NCBI GenBank assembly: GCA_051439505.1
Contig: JBFRWI010000093.1
Span: 1-54,933, forward strand
Length of the DNA stretch: 54,933 nucleotides
From: Hormoscilla sp.
GTDB lineage: Bacteria > Cyanobacteriota > Cyanobacteriia > Cyanobacteriales > Desertifilaceae
Direction of reading: 5' to 3'
Shown: one piece after another, positions 46,801 to 54,933 of the stretch
Position numbering within the stretch: position 1 is the first letter of the stretch
Layout: each line of letters starts with the position of its first letter
Program-made: the position numbers and the translations under genes
The notes under the pieces: model-generated
Seen by the model: the letters and a program-made list of their open reading frames with translations, nothing else
Told to the model about the DNA's origin: nothing
The model's database searches: none

Positions 46801-48484
46801 CAGTTTTGATGCGGGGTTGAGCGTTTTTGGCTCAACTGATATAGAAACACTGACTGTAACGCCGGATCTGGCAGCATCTGGCGACGATCAAAGCCTGATA
46901 GCAGTAAAAATCGATCCAACATTCAATATAAAGAAGAACGGAGGGGATTACCAGAATGTAAAGCAGTTGGGACTGCATGTAGTCTCGGGAGATGTGGCGA
47001 TCGCCGCAGGGGGGATGGCGATCGGGTCCGACGATCCAGCAGGCAAAAGGCTGAATGTAACGGGTCAGACGCAGTTAAATGGCGATCTGACGGTAGCATC
47101 GGGAAATGTGGATATCGCTAGCGGTATGGAGATCGGGGGGACTCTGGATGTTACAGGTGACAGCACCCTGGTAAATGCGATCCTCTTGGGGACTCTGGGG
47201 GTTGAAGGTGACAGCACCCTGGTAAATGCGATCCTCTTGGGGACTCTGGGGGTTGAAGGCGACAGCACCCTGGTAAATGCGACCCTATCGGGGACTCTGG
47301 ATGTTACAGGTAACAGCACCCTCAGCAACTTGACGACCTCGGGCAAGGTGGCGATCGGGTCCGATGTGGTAGATGGAACCCACCAATTGAAAGTAACCGG
47401 TGGCACGACAACGGACACCCTGACAGTGACGGGTGGCACGACAACGGACACCCTGACAGTGACGGGTACCTTCAACCCAAGCAGCTTGACTACCGGGGGA
47501 AATGGGACGATCGGGGGAAATGCGGAGATCGGGGGAAATGCGACGATCGGGGGGACTCTGGAGGTTACAGGTGAGAGCACCCTCAGCAACCTGGCGGTCT
47601 CGGGGAATCTGACAGCAGCATCGGGGAATGTGGCGATCGATAGCGCGGCGGAGGGAGAAAGCGAGATAGTATTTCCATCGGCGACAAAGTCGAAAATTCA
47701 ATGGGAATCAAGTGGCAACGAAAGCGATTTTGCTTACATCTTCTACAAAGACCAAAGTAAGTACAGCCGAAGTCGGGCTGCGAATGTCGGGTCACAAGTT
47801 GATACTCAAGATGTAACGGATTACGATGCTTGCCGACGCTTATCAATAGGCATCGGCAATGAGACAAAAAACTATGAAAACCAGGATGCACTAGACATCC
47901 AAGGCGCATCATGTCTGACTTTAAATGTTGGTAAATGGGATCTGGAAACATCTGAGGAATTTGGCGATCAAACTAACGGAGGAGACCCTGTAGGGATCAG
48001 CTTCCGCGTCCACGACGAGCAAAAAATGTTAATTGCTCCGAATGGTGCTGTCGGCATTGGGAAGGTACCGGGAACTGCCACTGACCCTATTGTTGATGAA
48101 GTCAAACTAGACGTGGCAGGGAAGGTTAAAGCTAATGATGTCGAGCTAACAAGCGATGGGATGCTAAAAGAAAATATTCACACCCTAAAAGACGGACTTG
48201 GCAAGATCCTGGGATTGCGCGGGGTGACCTACAAATGGAAAGAGGAGGAAGCTGCTACCCAAGAAGCAACAGAAATAGGACTGGTGGCCCAAGAGGTAGA
48301 AGAGATATTCCCAGAACTGGTAAGCACGGACTCTCAGGGAATGAAGTCTCTCAGCTATTCTAAGCTCATTGCCCCCCTGATAGAAGCAGTTAAGGAGCAA
48401 CAGGGGCAAATTTTGGGACTGGTCCAGCAGGTTCAGCAGCAGCAAGCTCAAATCGAACAGTTGCAAGCTCTCAATAATGGATAA
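43826..48484 (+). CDS. DUF6519-type CIS tail-fibre protein with C-terminal peptidase S74-like intramolecular chaperone
   Basis: MKGDYTRSTF..QQGRVLLDADWNE, GGPDTTTR, GDYWLIPTR; GKVGIG fibre repeats; C-terminal SD..LKENI..LRGVTYKW..GLVAQEVE..LIEAVKE. Confidence 0.87.
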   Translation: MKGDYTRSTFDASKPYSSVRLQQGRVLLDADWNEQQEINEYRETTTNKEIIGDGGSAELESFKVKSITDEEIIELGEGICYVEGIQCEHKASSEEEVLSLEENKTAGDYLIYLEVWQHHRTAIEDENLREKALGGPDTTTRTQTHWQVKGSKIVSKQKWLKEWEEILSANSPKGKLEVQSTAGSLGNDLYRVEIHKVKGQDDDGGGPVPETTFKWARNNGAIAARVEAITTDGTIVTIKSNPQAQFAGENWIEINSEERELAGLPGYFAKIDSVEENNRLILNDEDNELKELSPEEALDPQNQITTARLWGDEAKKIASDDSIDDGYITLEKDLKIKFEDDEEKYRTGDYWLIPTRSQEAVVWDGDGEEPHGIDYYYCPLAIAHYSSTGGWEVVKDCRKVFPALTEVLRETAVTNGDEDTIGTSLSLGVHSYNDSRRASDPEKAEHTDDKLDIQGGKQLKLNVGYWQDELGGALPDVPDAAMSFCVNDREVMSLDKDELRLEESVSINKGLAVAENLTVTGTSHLQGAVSIGVDPPEEAIGLKVKPALEVPEVGGSEVVGLKLEPTLTARNSGDRLTGLHIKPDFKENRASELKKYGLIVEKGKVGIGSALNAQGNISIGVDVRPEVIAKDAGDKLVGLHIKPNFDNSYQGQVERYGLMVEEGKVGIGSQALAREEDQDKLRVGVDVQPKVIAKDPDDRLVGLYIKPEFKECCGIDDGAKYGLIVEEGKVAIGPKKNSEYPVEIDGEASRVKNLTVTGTLEVYGQVTQHAEKDEAGDIYLGQQNEDGVIVHASLSTAHTSDKLKVTSPLEIELTDVTDTDKQDFLSLFSTNASDVNGRIVWKKGTVTEPGEEYAEEATEVAAIYSTVKGDGREGDLRFGTSDGTLADRMVITADGKVGIGTDSPGTNQLKVTGTTSLEDLVVENGLTVTNGGLIVENADTNMESLVLSGAGNRLNPTLKVPEGNVCIGAEEIPRERLRNNLSPKLYVKGNLVSFDAGLSVFGSTDIETLTVTPDLAASGDDQSLIAVKIDPTFNIKKNGGDYQNVKQLGLHVVSGDVAIAAGGMAIGSDDPAGKRLNVTGQTQLNGDLTVASGNVDIASGMEIGGTLDVTGDSTLVNAILLGTLGVEGDSTLVNAILLGTLGVEGDSTLVNATLSGTLDVTGNSTLSNLTTSGKVAIGSDVVDGTHQLKVTGGTTTDTLTVTGGTTTDTLTVTGTFNPSSLTTGGNGTIGGNAEIGGNATIGGTLEVTGESTLSNLAVSGNLTAASGNVAIDSAAEGESEIVFPSATKSKIQWESSGNESDFAYIFYKDQSKYSRSRAANVGSQVDTQDVTDYDACRRLSIGIGNETKNYENQDALDIQGASCLTLNVGKWDLETSEEFGDQTNGGDPVGISFRVHDEQKMLIAPNGAVGIGKVPGTATDPIVDEVKLDVAGKVKANDVELTSDGMLKENIHTLKDGLGKILGLRGVTYKWKEEEAATQEATEIGLVAQEVEEIFPELVSTDSQGMKSLSYSKLIAPLIEAVKEQQGQILGLVQQVQQQQAQIEQLQALNNG

Positions 48485-48488
48485 TTAC

Positions 48489-48545
48489 CACCGCCCTACC
48501 CTAAAGGGTGGGGCTACAGATCCCTTCGCCCGCCTGCGCGGGCTA
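48489..48545. repeat. Double-hairpin REP-like element (inverse of 26700-26756)
   Basis: CCCTACCCTAAAGGGTGGGGCTAC and GCCCGCCTGCGCGGGCTA. Confidence 0.7.
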
Positions 48546-48610
48546 TTAGAAAAGTAAAATACTCCCGTCGGAAGCATCTAGGACGGGTCCACGATAACTA
48601 ACAAGCGTGA

Positions 48611-48835
48611 ATGATGAAAGAAAGATTAGAACGGCGCCTCAAAGCCCTCAAAGCCGAATTTGATGCCGGTCAAAAACTGCTAGCGGAGTACGAGACCAAA
48701 CAAGCGAGTCTGCGAGAAACATTACTGCGCATCAGCGGGGCCATTCAGGTGATCGAAGAAGAGTTGAACGAACTAACGCAAGAGGAAAATGGCAGTCAAC
48801 AGGTGGAAACGGAGGCGGTAGCAGTAGAAGGATGA
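48611..48835 (+). CDS. Small coiled-coil protein in the CIS locus
   Basis: 74 aa, heptad pattern, LRETLLRISGAIQVIEEEL. Confidence 0.78.
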   Translation: MMKERLERRLKALKAEFDAGQKLLAEYETKQASLRETLLRISGAIQVIEEELNELTQEENGSQQVETEAVAVEG

Positions 48836-49002
48836 CCTGCGGTGATATTTGTCGTCACGATATGCACCCAGGTTGGAGAATATCCCAGATATCGTCAATA
48901 AATATATCATTGGCAAATTAGCAGGAAGTCGAAGCGGACAGAAGCAGACAGCTGTAGTGTTTTTGTAGATGTAGAGAGTAAGGAAAAAAGGGAGTCATAA
49001 AA

Positions 49003-50601
49003 ATGCCAGTAACACCAACGTACCCAGGGGTTTATGTAGAAGAACTGCCTTCAGGAGTGCGCACTATTGTAGGTGTAGCAACATCAATCACAGCATTCAT
49101 CGGTCGGGCACTGCGGGGGCCGACCGATGAACCAGTGGTGATCAATAACTATGGAGAATATGAGCGCATATTTGGCGGGTTGTGGAATGAAAGTACCATG
49201 AGTTTCGCGGTGCGTGATTTCTACAGTAATGGCGGTGGTCAGGCGGTGATTGTCAGACTGTACAAAGCCAAAGGCGAAAAAAATCCCAAGGCAACTTTGA
49301 AGGCAGGTAAAGAAGATGACAATCAAATTGGGTTGGAAGCTGCAAACGAGGGAGAATGGGGGAACGAGCTGCGGGCGCGGGTAGACAGGGAGTTTCCCAA
49401 AAGTATTACAGACGAGAAAAAAGACGAAAAAGAGAAATTGTTCAATCTCTATATAAGAGACGGGGAGACAGGGGAAGTAGAAACATTTCTCAATGTATCG
49501 ATGAAATTGGGACACGCCCGACAGGTGGATAAGGTACTGGAAAATGGATCTCAGCTCGTGCGTTATCAAGGTACGATAACAGAAGACAGTGTGGTGCCAA
49601 CAGGAAATGATGATGAGTTGGATATCGCCGATAAGGATATGTGGGGAGATGAGCGATCGAATAAGGTAGAGAAAGAGGACGAAGCTTCAGATGGAAAGGC
49701 GATCACAGAAGCAGAATTCACGGGGTCAGGGAAGGAAGCTGACAAAGAGGGACTTTATGCCTTAGAGAATGCGGACCTGTTTAACCTGCTATGCATCCCG
49801 CCCTACGAACCAGGTGGGGATATAGATTCGGGCTTAATTAACAGCGCCTTGACATATTGCCTGAAGCGCCGGGCCATGATGATTATCGACTCCCCCAGTA
49901 CATGGACGAGCAAGAAGAGTGCGATAGACGGAATTGAGACACAGGTAGGAGACACCAGTGACAATGGGGCAATCTTCTTCCCGCGCCTGAAGATGCCGAA
50001 CCCCCTCAAGGAAAATCAAATTGAAGTGTTTGCGGCTTGCGGGGCCATAGCCGGAATATTCGCCCGCACTGATGCTTCCCGGGGAGTATGGAAAGCGCCA
50101 GCGGGTTTGGAAGCGGTAATCAAGGGAGCAATAGCCCTCAGCGTGCCTCTGACAGATCCTGAAAACGGGGAGTTGAACCCTCTGGGGATTAACTGCTTGC
50201 GATCGATGCCACCAGCAGGCAGGATAGTCTGGGGTTCGCGCACCCGGGTGGGGGACGACAGGCTGGCTTCGCAATGGAAATACATCCCGGTGCGCCGACT
50301 GGCGCTGTACATGCAAGAATCATTGTATCGGGGTACCCAATGGGCGGTATTTGAACCGAACGACGAACCCCTGTGGTCCCAGTTGCGACTGAATATCGGC
50401 TCCTTTATGGATAATCTCTTCAAGCAGGGAGCATTCCAAGGCAGTTCGGCCAGCGATGCTTACTTTGTCAAGTGCGACAAGGAAACCACGACCCAGTATG
50501 ATATCGATCGGGGGATAGTAAACATCGTCATCGGGTTTGCGCCCTTAAAGCCAGCAGAATTCGTGATTCTCAAGTTCCAACAAATCGCGGGACAATCTTA
50601 A
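49003..50601 (+). CDS. Contractile tail sheath protein
   Basis: TYPGVYVEE, RGVWKAPAG, LNPLGINC, WKYIPVRR, WAVFEPN, APLKPAEFV. Confidence 0.96.
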   Translation: MPVTPTYPGVYVEELPSGVRTIVGVATSITAFIGRALRGPTDEPVVINNYGEYERIFGGLWNESTMSFAVRDFYSNGGGQAVIVRLYKAKGEKNPKATLKAGKEDDNQIGLEAANEGEWGNELRARVDREFPKSITDEKKDEKEKLFNLYIRDGETGEVETFLNVSMKLGHARQVDKVLENGSQLVRYQGTITEDSVVPTGNDDELDIADKDMWGDERSNKVEKEDEASDGKAITEAEFTGSGKEADKEGLYALENADLFNLLCIPPYEPGGDIDSGLINSALTYCLKRRAMMIIDSPSTWTSKKSAIDGIETQVGDTSDNGAIFFPRLKMPNPLKENQIEVFAACGAIAGIFARTDASRGVWKAPAGLEAVIKGAIALSVPLTDPENGELNPLGINCLRSMPPAGRIVWGSRTRVGDDRLASQWKYIPVRRLALYMQESLYRGTQWAVFEPNDEPLWSQLRLNIGSFMDNLFKQGAFQGSSASDAYFVKCDKETTTQYDIDRGIVNIVIGFAPLKPAEFVILKFQQIAGQS

Positions 50602-50711
50602 AAAATCCAAAATTCAAAATTCAAAATTCAAAAAAGGGAAAGTAATTGATTCTTGGGTTTCAGCATTTGGACCCAGGCAATGTCAATGGGCGACAGCAAA
50701 AAGGAGGAAAA

Positions 50712-51236
50712 ATGGCTCAATTTTCAACGAATGCGGAACGGTTTGACCCCTACAAAAACTTCAAATTCCGGGTAAAATGGGATGGGAACTACGTAGCCGG
50801 AGTTAGCAAGGTGAGTGCCTTAAGTCGCACGACGGAGGTGGTAGAACATCGGACGGGGGGAGACCCCAGCAGTTCGCGGTTATCGCCGGGACAAACGAAG
50901 TACGAACCCATAACTTTAGAACGGGGGGTAACCCACGACCCAGCTTTTGAACAATGGGCGAATAAGGTCTGGAACTACGGTTCTGGTTTGGGATCGGAAG
51001 TGTCCCTGGCGGACTTCCGCAAGGATATCATTATCGAGGTGATGAACGAAGCGGGACAAGTGGCGATCGCCTACAAGGTATATCGCTGCTGGGTATCGGA
51101 GTTCCAAGCGCTGCCAGAATTGGATGCCAGCGGCAACGAGGTAGCAATTCAGAGCATTCAGCTGCAAAATGAAGGATGGGAACGTGACTATGCCGTGCCG
51201 GAACCGGAAGAACCAAATTTCACTGAACCCGAATAG
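50712..51236 (+). CDS. Tail tube protein (T4 gp19-like)
   Basis: AAGGAGG RBS; RFDPYKNFKFRV, ITLERGVT, LDASGNEVAI. Confidence 0.95.
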   Translation: MAQFSTNAERFDPYKNFKFRVKWDGNYVAGVSKVSALSRTTEVVEHRTGGDPSSSRLSPGQTKYEPITLERGVTHDPAFEQWANKVWNYGSGLGSEVSLADFRKDIIIEVMNEAGQVAIAYKVYRCWVSEFQALPELDASGNEVAIQSIQLQNEGWERDYAVPEPEEPNFTEPE

Positions 51237-51239
51237 ACA

Positions 51240-51974
51240 ATGCGGCCACTAACAGCTTCAGAACTAATTCGCAGCTGGGAAATAGGACAGAGTCAACATC
51301 CCCTAGACAGGGCGTTGACTCTTCTAAGTCTCGCTTGTCCGGAATATGAGATGGCATCACTGGCATCTCTGAGTATAGGACAGCGAGATGCCTATCTTTT
51401 AACTCTACGAGAAATAACCTTTGGAGAAAAGATGGATTGTTGGGGGGACTGTCCCGCCTGTAGCGAACGGTTGGAATTTAGCATGAAAACATCCCAGATG
51501 CGTTTAGTAGAATTGCAAGAACCGGCAGTAGCAGAATATCAAATCCAAGTCGGGTCCTGGGAATTGCTATATAGATTGCCGAATAGCTGGGACTTAGCTA
51601 CAATAGTGGGAATGAGAGATTATGAAAGGGCGGCGCGGCGACTGCGGCAAAGATGTCTGTTACAGGCCAGTTGCAAAGGAGAGGAGATCGAATATAACGA
51701 TCTGCCAGAAGAGGCGATCGGGGCCATGGTCGAGTCAATAGCAGCAGCGGACCCCCAGGCAGAAATATTGCTAGACTTAAATTGTCCGGCCTGCGGTCAC
51801 AGCTGGCAAGTAATGCTAGATATAGTTTGGTTTTTGTGGAAAGAAATCAGTGCTAAGGCCCAAAGGATCCTGCAAGAGGTCCACGTGTTAGCTAGGTTTT
51901 ATGGATGGCGAGAGGCTGATATTCTATCTATGAGTACGGTGCGACGACAGTATTATTTAAGTTTAGTAGGCTAA
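51240..51974 (+). CDS. CIS baseplate-assembly/chaperone-like protein with two CxxC motifs
   Basis: LSIGQRDA.LL.LR..FG, CPAC..CPACGH, EVHVLARFYGWREADIL. Confidence 0.78.
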   Translation: MRPLTASELIRSWEIGQSQHPLDRALTLLSLACPEYEMASLASLSIGQRDAYLLTLREITFGEKMDCWGDCPACSERLEFSMKTSQMRLVELQEPAVAEYQIQVGSWELLYRLPNSWDLATIVGMRDYERAARRLRQRCLLQASCKGEEIEYNDLPEEAIGAMVESIAAADPQAEILLDLNCPACGHSWQVMLDIVWFLWKEISAKAQRILQEVHVLARFYGWREADILSMSTVRRQYYLSLVG

Positions 51975-54361
51975 TGGCTGATTTATTTACTAGATTAGCA
52001 AAACGCACTCTGGGTTTAATGCCGGTAGTGGAACCGAGAATAGTCTCGCGGTTTGCCCAGGAAGAGGCGATGGCGAGTGAAAATGCTAATATAGAAATAC
52101 CGAGCTTGTTTTCCGGCGATCGGGGTTCATCTTTATCGCCAGTGCAGCCAGTTGCAGGGCAGCTGTGGCCAAGGGAGAGAGATGCTGCTGTTAAGGATAG
52201 GGCAGTGGGGGACGCCGACATTCCCGAGGAGAGAGGATATCCGGAGAGGGAAGAGGAGTCCATCACGAGAACAATTCTAGTGGAGATGGAGCAGGAATAC
52301 CCGGAAAAGCAGGAAGTAATCCCAGAAGGGTTAAGCATTTCGGAAGGAAGAAGGGAAGTTAGAGAAGCAGAGAGGGGAAAGTCCGAAAAAAAGCCGTTCG
52401 GCCTTGAAGAAGGGCCAAAAAAGCGGGAAGTTCAGGGGGAAAGAAGGGCAGTCCAGAGAGAATATGAAGGGAGAGAAAAAATAGGGTCAGTCGGGGTAGA
52501 GAAAGGGTCAGAAATGATCGGGTGGCAGAGGGAGGAGGCCAGAGGGATAGAAGAGTCAAGTGGGTCCAGAGGGGCGATCGCGGGGCAGAAAGGTGAGTCG
52601 GTAGAGAAGGTAAAAAAAGTAACAGAAGCAGAGAAAGAAGGGAGAGAAAGTCCAGGGGAGATATCCGAGGGAGGAGAAGAAAGGACTTCGTTGCAGGTGG
52701 AGATAGAGTCCAGAAGGTCCGAAGTGTTAAGGTCTCCTGGAGAAGAAAGGGCGATCGGGGAAAAAGTTGAAGTCGAGTGGGATAGAGAAAGAAGGGCGAT
52801 CGGGGAAAAAGTTGAAGTCGAGTGGGAGGGAGAAAAAGGAGAGAGGGAGAAAAAAGCAGTAGGAGTAGAGTGGGAAAGGAGGGAAAGGGATCCCAGAGAT
52901 AAGATAGGTCCTTCCAGAGAGGAAAAAAAGATAGCATCGGTAAGGGAGTCCTCGACTCAGAGGTCCAGATCCAACAGCGGGGAAGAAAGGGCGATCGGGC
53001 GTATTCGGGAGTCGGGAGAGTCGGAAAGTCCAGAGAAAACCCGTGTGGCAAGGACAGTAACAGCGGCGATCTTCTCAAGAAACCCAGAGAAGTCAAGGGA
53101 GTCGGTGGGGGAGATGACAGGGGACGATCGAGTGACTGAGGGTAAAACAGACTCTGGGAAAGTGAAGTCGCCAGGAGTAGAGAGAGTCTTCTCCTCAGAG
53201 AGTCCAGGTATTCGGGAAGTGCCATCTTCAGGTAGGATGGAAGAGACATGGTCTCGAAGGGAAGAAAGGTTGTTTCCAGAAGAGGAAAAAAGTGCGATCG
53301 GGCCTCAGTCAGGAAAGTTTTCCAGTGTCGAGAGGGAAAGTCCGCGAGTGCAAATGCCCTCAAGGGGACCGCAGGTGCTAGACTCCCAGAGTGCCTCGGA
53401 ATTTTCCACAGAGAAATATCCTTTAGGAGAGTCGAGAAGGGCGATCGCCTCGGGGTCAAGAGGGGAGTATGAAAATAGAGTAACTCAAGCAAAAGTGAGT
53501 GAGGGGAAAACAGACTTTCCTTTAGTGAAGTCCCCAGGAGTAGAGAACCTCAGATCCTCAGAGAGTCCAGGTATTCGGGAAGTGCCATCCTCAGGTAGGA
53601 TGGAAGAGACATGGTCTCCAAGAGAAGAAAGGTTTTTTACTCAAGAGGAAAAAAGTGCGATCGGGCCTCAGTCAGTCAAGTTGTCCAGTGTCGAGAGGGA
53701 AAGTCCGCTTCCATCAGTGCAAATGAACTCTAGAGGATCGCAGGTGCTAGACTCGAAGAGGAATGAGGAATTTTCAACAGAGAACTTTCCTTTAGGAGAG
53801 TCGAGAAGGGCGATCGCATCGGGGCCAAGAGTGGAGTATGAAAATAGGGTAACTCCAGCAGATGAACCCAAAAGAGAATCTCTAAGTAGTATTCCCCTGG
53901 TGAAAGGGGAAAAGCAGGTATCATCCCAGAGTAGGGCCCGATCGGCAAGTAGCATTTCAGGAGAAGAGAGTGGCACAGTGGGCCGAGTTGCCGAGCGATC
54001 GCATAATGTTGATGAGTCTCCAGAGATAACATTAGAGGTTCCAATAGCAGAGGGAAAGAGGGACTGGGAAGAGAACAACCAGGTGGGAAGAGAGCAAATA
54101 ATCAGTCAAAGGGAAGAGAGGGGAAGAGAAATTGAGATCGCAGAAAAGGGCGAGTTACAATTATTAGATTCGAGGCGATCTCCACCAGAGAAAGCATCCG
54201 TGGAATCGACGATCGAGGTAACCATAGGTAAGATAGAGGTGCGGGGAACAAAACCAGCGGTAAAACCAGTTCAGCAATCTCGTCGGATGCAGTCAACCGG
54301 TTCGAGTCCGAGGCTTTCTTTGGATGAATATCTAAAACAGCGCAATGGAGGTAAGAGATGA
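51974..54361 (+). CDS. CIS-associated low-complexity (E/S/R/G-rich) protein
   Basis: Ordered-looking ends (MADLFTRLA..VEPRIVSRF; IEVTIGKIEVR..LSLDEYL) around a repetitive, probably disordered core. Confidence 0.75.
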   Translation: MADLFTRLAKRTLGLMPVVEPRIVSRFAQEEAMASENANIEIPSLFSGDRGSSLSPVQPVAGQLWPRERDAAVKDRAVGDADIPEERGYPEREEESITRTILVEMEQEYPEKQEVIPEGLSISEGRREVREAERGKSEKKPFGLEEGPKKREVQGERRAVQREYEGREKIGSVGVEKGSEMIGWQREEARGIEESSGSRGAIAGQKGESVEKVKKVTEAEKEGRESPGEISEGGEERTSLQVEIESRRSEVLRSPGEERAIGEKVEVEWDRERRAIGEKVEVEWEGEKGEREKKAVGVEWERRERDPRDKIGPSREEKKIASVRESSTQRSRSNSGEERAIGRIRESGESESPEKTRVARTVTAAIFSRNPEKSRESVGEMTGDDRVTEGKTDSGKVKSPGVERVFSSESPGIREVPSSGRMEETWSRREERLFPEEEKSAIGPQSGKFSSVERESPRVQMPSRGPQVLDSQSASEFSTEKYPLGESRRAIASGSRGEYENRVTQAKVSEGKTDFPLVKSPGVENLRSSESPGIREVPSSGRMEETWSPREERFFTQEEKSAIGPQSVKLSSVERESPLPSVQMNSRGSQVLDSKRNEEFSTENFPLGESRRAIASGPRVEYENRVTPADEPKRESLSSIPLVKGEKQVSSQSRARSASSISGEESGTVGRVAERSHNVDESPEITLEVPIAEGKRDWEENNQVGREQIISQREERGREIEIAEKGELQLLDSRRSPPEKASVESTIEVTIGKIEVRGTKPAVKPVQQSRRMQSTGSSPRLSLDEYLKQRNGGKR

Positions 54362-54933
54362 GTAGATCGCAGGCGATCGCTGGGGTGACGATCATGCTAG
54401 ATTTCCTAATTACGGAGGGAGTAATCCAAGAATTAGGCACCGGTCAGTTGGAAACAGTAACAACTAAACATCTAGACAAGGCACAGGACGGAGGGTTGGA
54501 GAATAACCAGATTAACATATTTCTTTTCCAAACGAGGCCCAATAGCGCGTGGCGCAACTTAGATATGCCGACGGTAAAATCGGGGGAAACAGGGAAAGCC
54601 CCATTAGCATTAAATCTATATTATTTGATCACGGCTTACGGCAGAGATAACGAAGATATAGAAAGCCATAATCTGCTGGGGATAGCGATGCGGGTATTGC
54701 ACGACCATCCTTTGATCAGAAGTAAGGATATCAACAGGGCCATAAACAGCGACACGTTGCCGGCTTATAAAAAGAAGATCCTGCAAAAGAGCGACCTAGA
54801 AAATCAAGTAGACAAAATCGGCGTAACGCCTACTACCTTATCCTTAGAAGAGATATCGAAGCTATGGGGTACATTTAAGACTGAATATCGCATTTCCGCA
54901 GCTTATGAAGTTTCGGTCGTATTGATAGAAAGC
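54358..54933 (+). CDS. DUF4255/Pvc16-like cap (tail terminator) protein, truncated by the window end
   Basis: ATGA overlap; MSRSQAIAGVT..INIFLFQ..N.AWRN..PLALNLYYLITAYG..LLG.AMRVLHDHP..SLEEISKLW..YRISAAYEVSVVLI. Confidence 0.88.
   Translation, partial: MSRSQAIAGVTIMLDFLITEGVIQELGTGQLETVTTKHLDKAQDGGLENNQINIFLFQTRPNSAWRNLDMPTVKSGETGKAPLALNLYYLITAYGRDNEDIESHNLLGIAMRVLHDHPLIRSKDINRAINSDTLPAYKKKILQKSDLENQVDKIGVTPTTLSLEEISKLWGTFKTEYRISAAYEVSVVLIES

Noticed and set aside
48814..48825. ops-like GGCGGTAG (RfaH site) before the sheath gene
   Set aside because: It lies within a coding sequence and lacks the downstream TG of the consensus, and no RfaH-like gene is visible
52359..53492. 377-aa Leu/Ser/Pro/Phe-rich minus-strand ORF
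   Set aside because: Antisense shadow of the purine-rich plus-strand gene
26776..54933. Prophage or type VI secretion system
   Set aside because: No head, packaging, lysis or integration genes and no TssJLM/ClpV; the DUF4255, DUF6519 and LysM content fits an eCIS

Overview
Chromosomal window from a cyanobacterium: HIP1 GCGATCGC is very frequent, and ldpA, ftsQ/ftsZ, a Rubisco activase-like gene and hetF are present. It is most likely a filamentous, non-heterocystous (Oscillatoriales-like) strain, which is inference. The left half (1-26.7 kb) holds housekeeping and signalling genes mixed with many repeats and non-coding RNAs. These include a stand-alone HEARO/omega-RNA-like scaffold with no IscB ORF, tRNA-Ser(GGA), and two tandem SRP RNA genes that differ by compensatory changes. 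There is also an RcaC/RcaF-like phosphorelay whose sensor kinase survives only as a C-terminal remnant, and a four-copy NsiR1-like sRNA array with DIF1 (TCCGGA) promoters upstream of hetF. The right half (26.8 kb to the window end) is a contractile injection system (eCIS-like) locus split into two divergent arms. It has a duplicated gp5/spike gene, a long structured and repeat-containing leader, a 2265-aa baseplate protein with large beta-propeller-like insertions, and a chaperone-capped tail fibre, followed by sheath, tube and a DUF4255 cap gene truncated by the window edge. All calls come from reading motifs by eye; no database searches were run.
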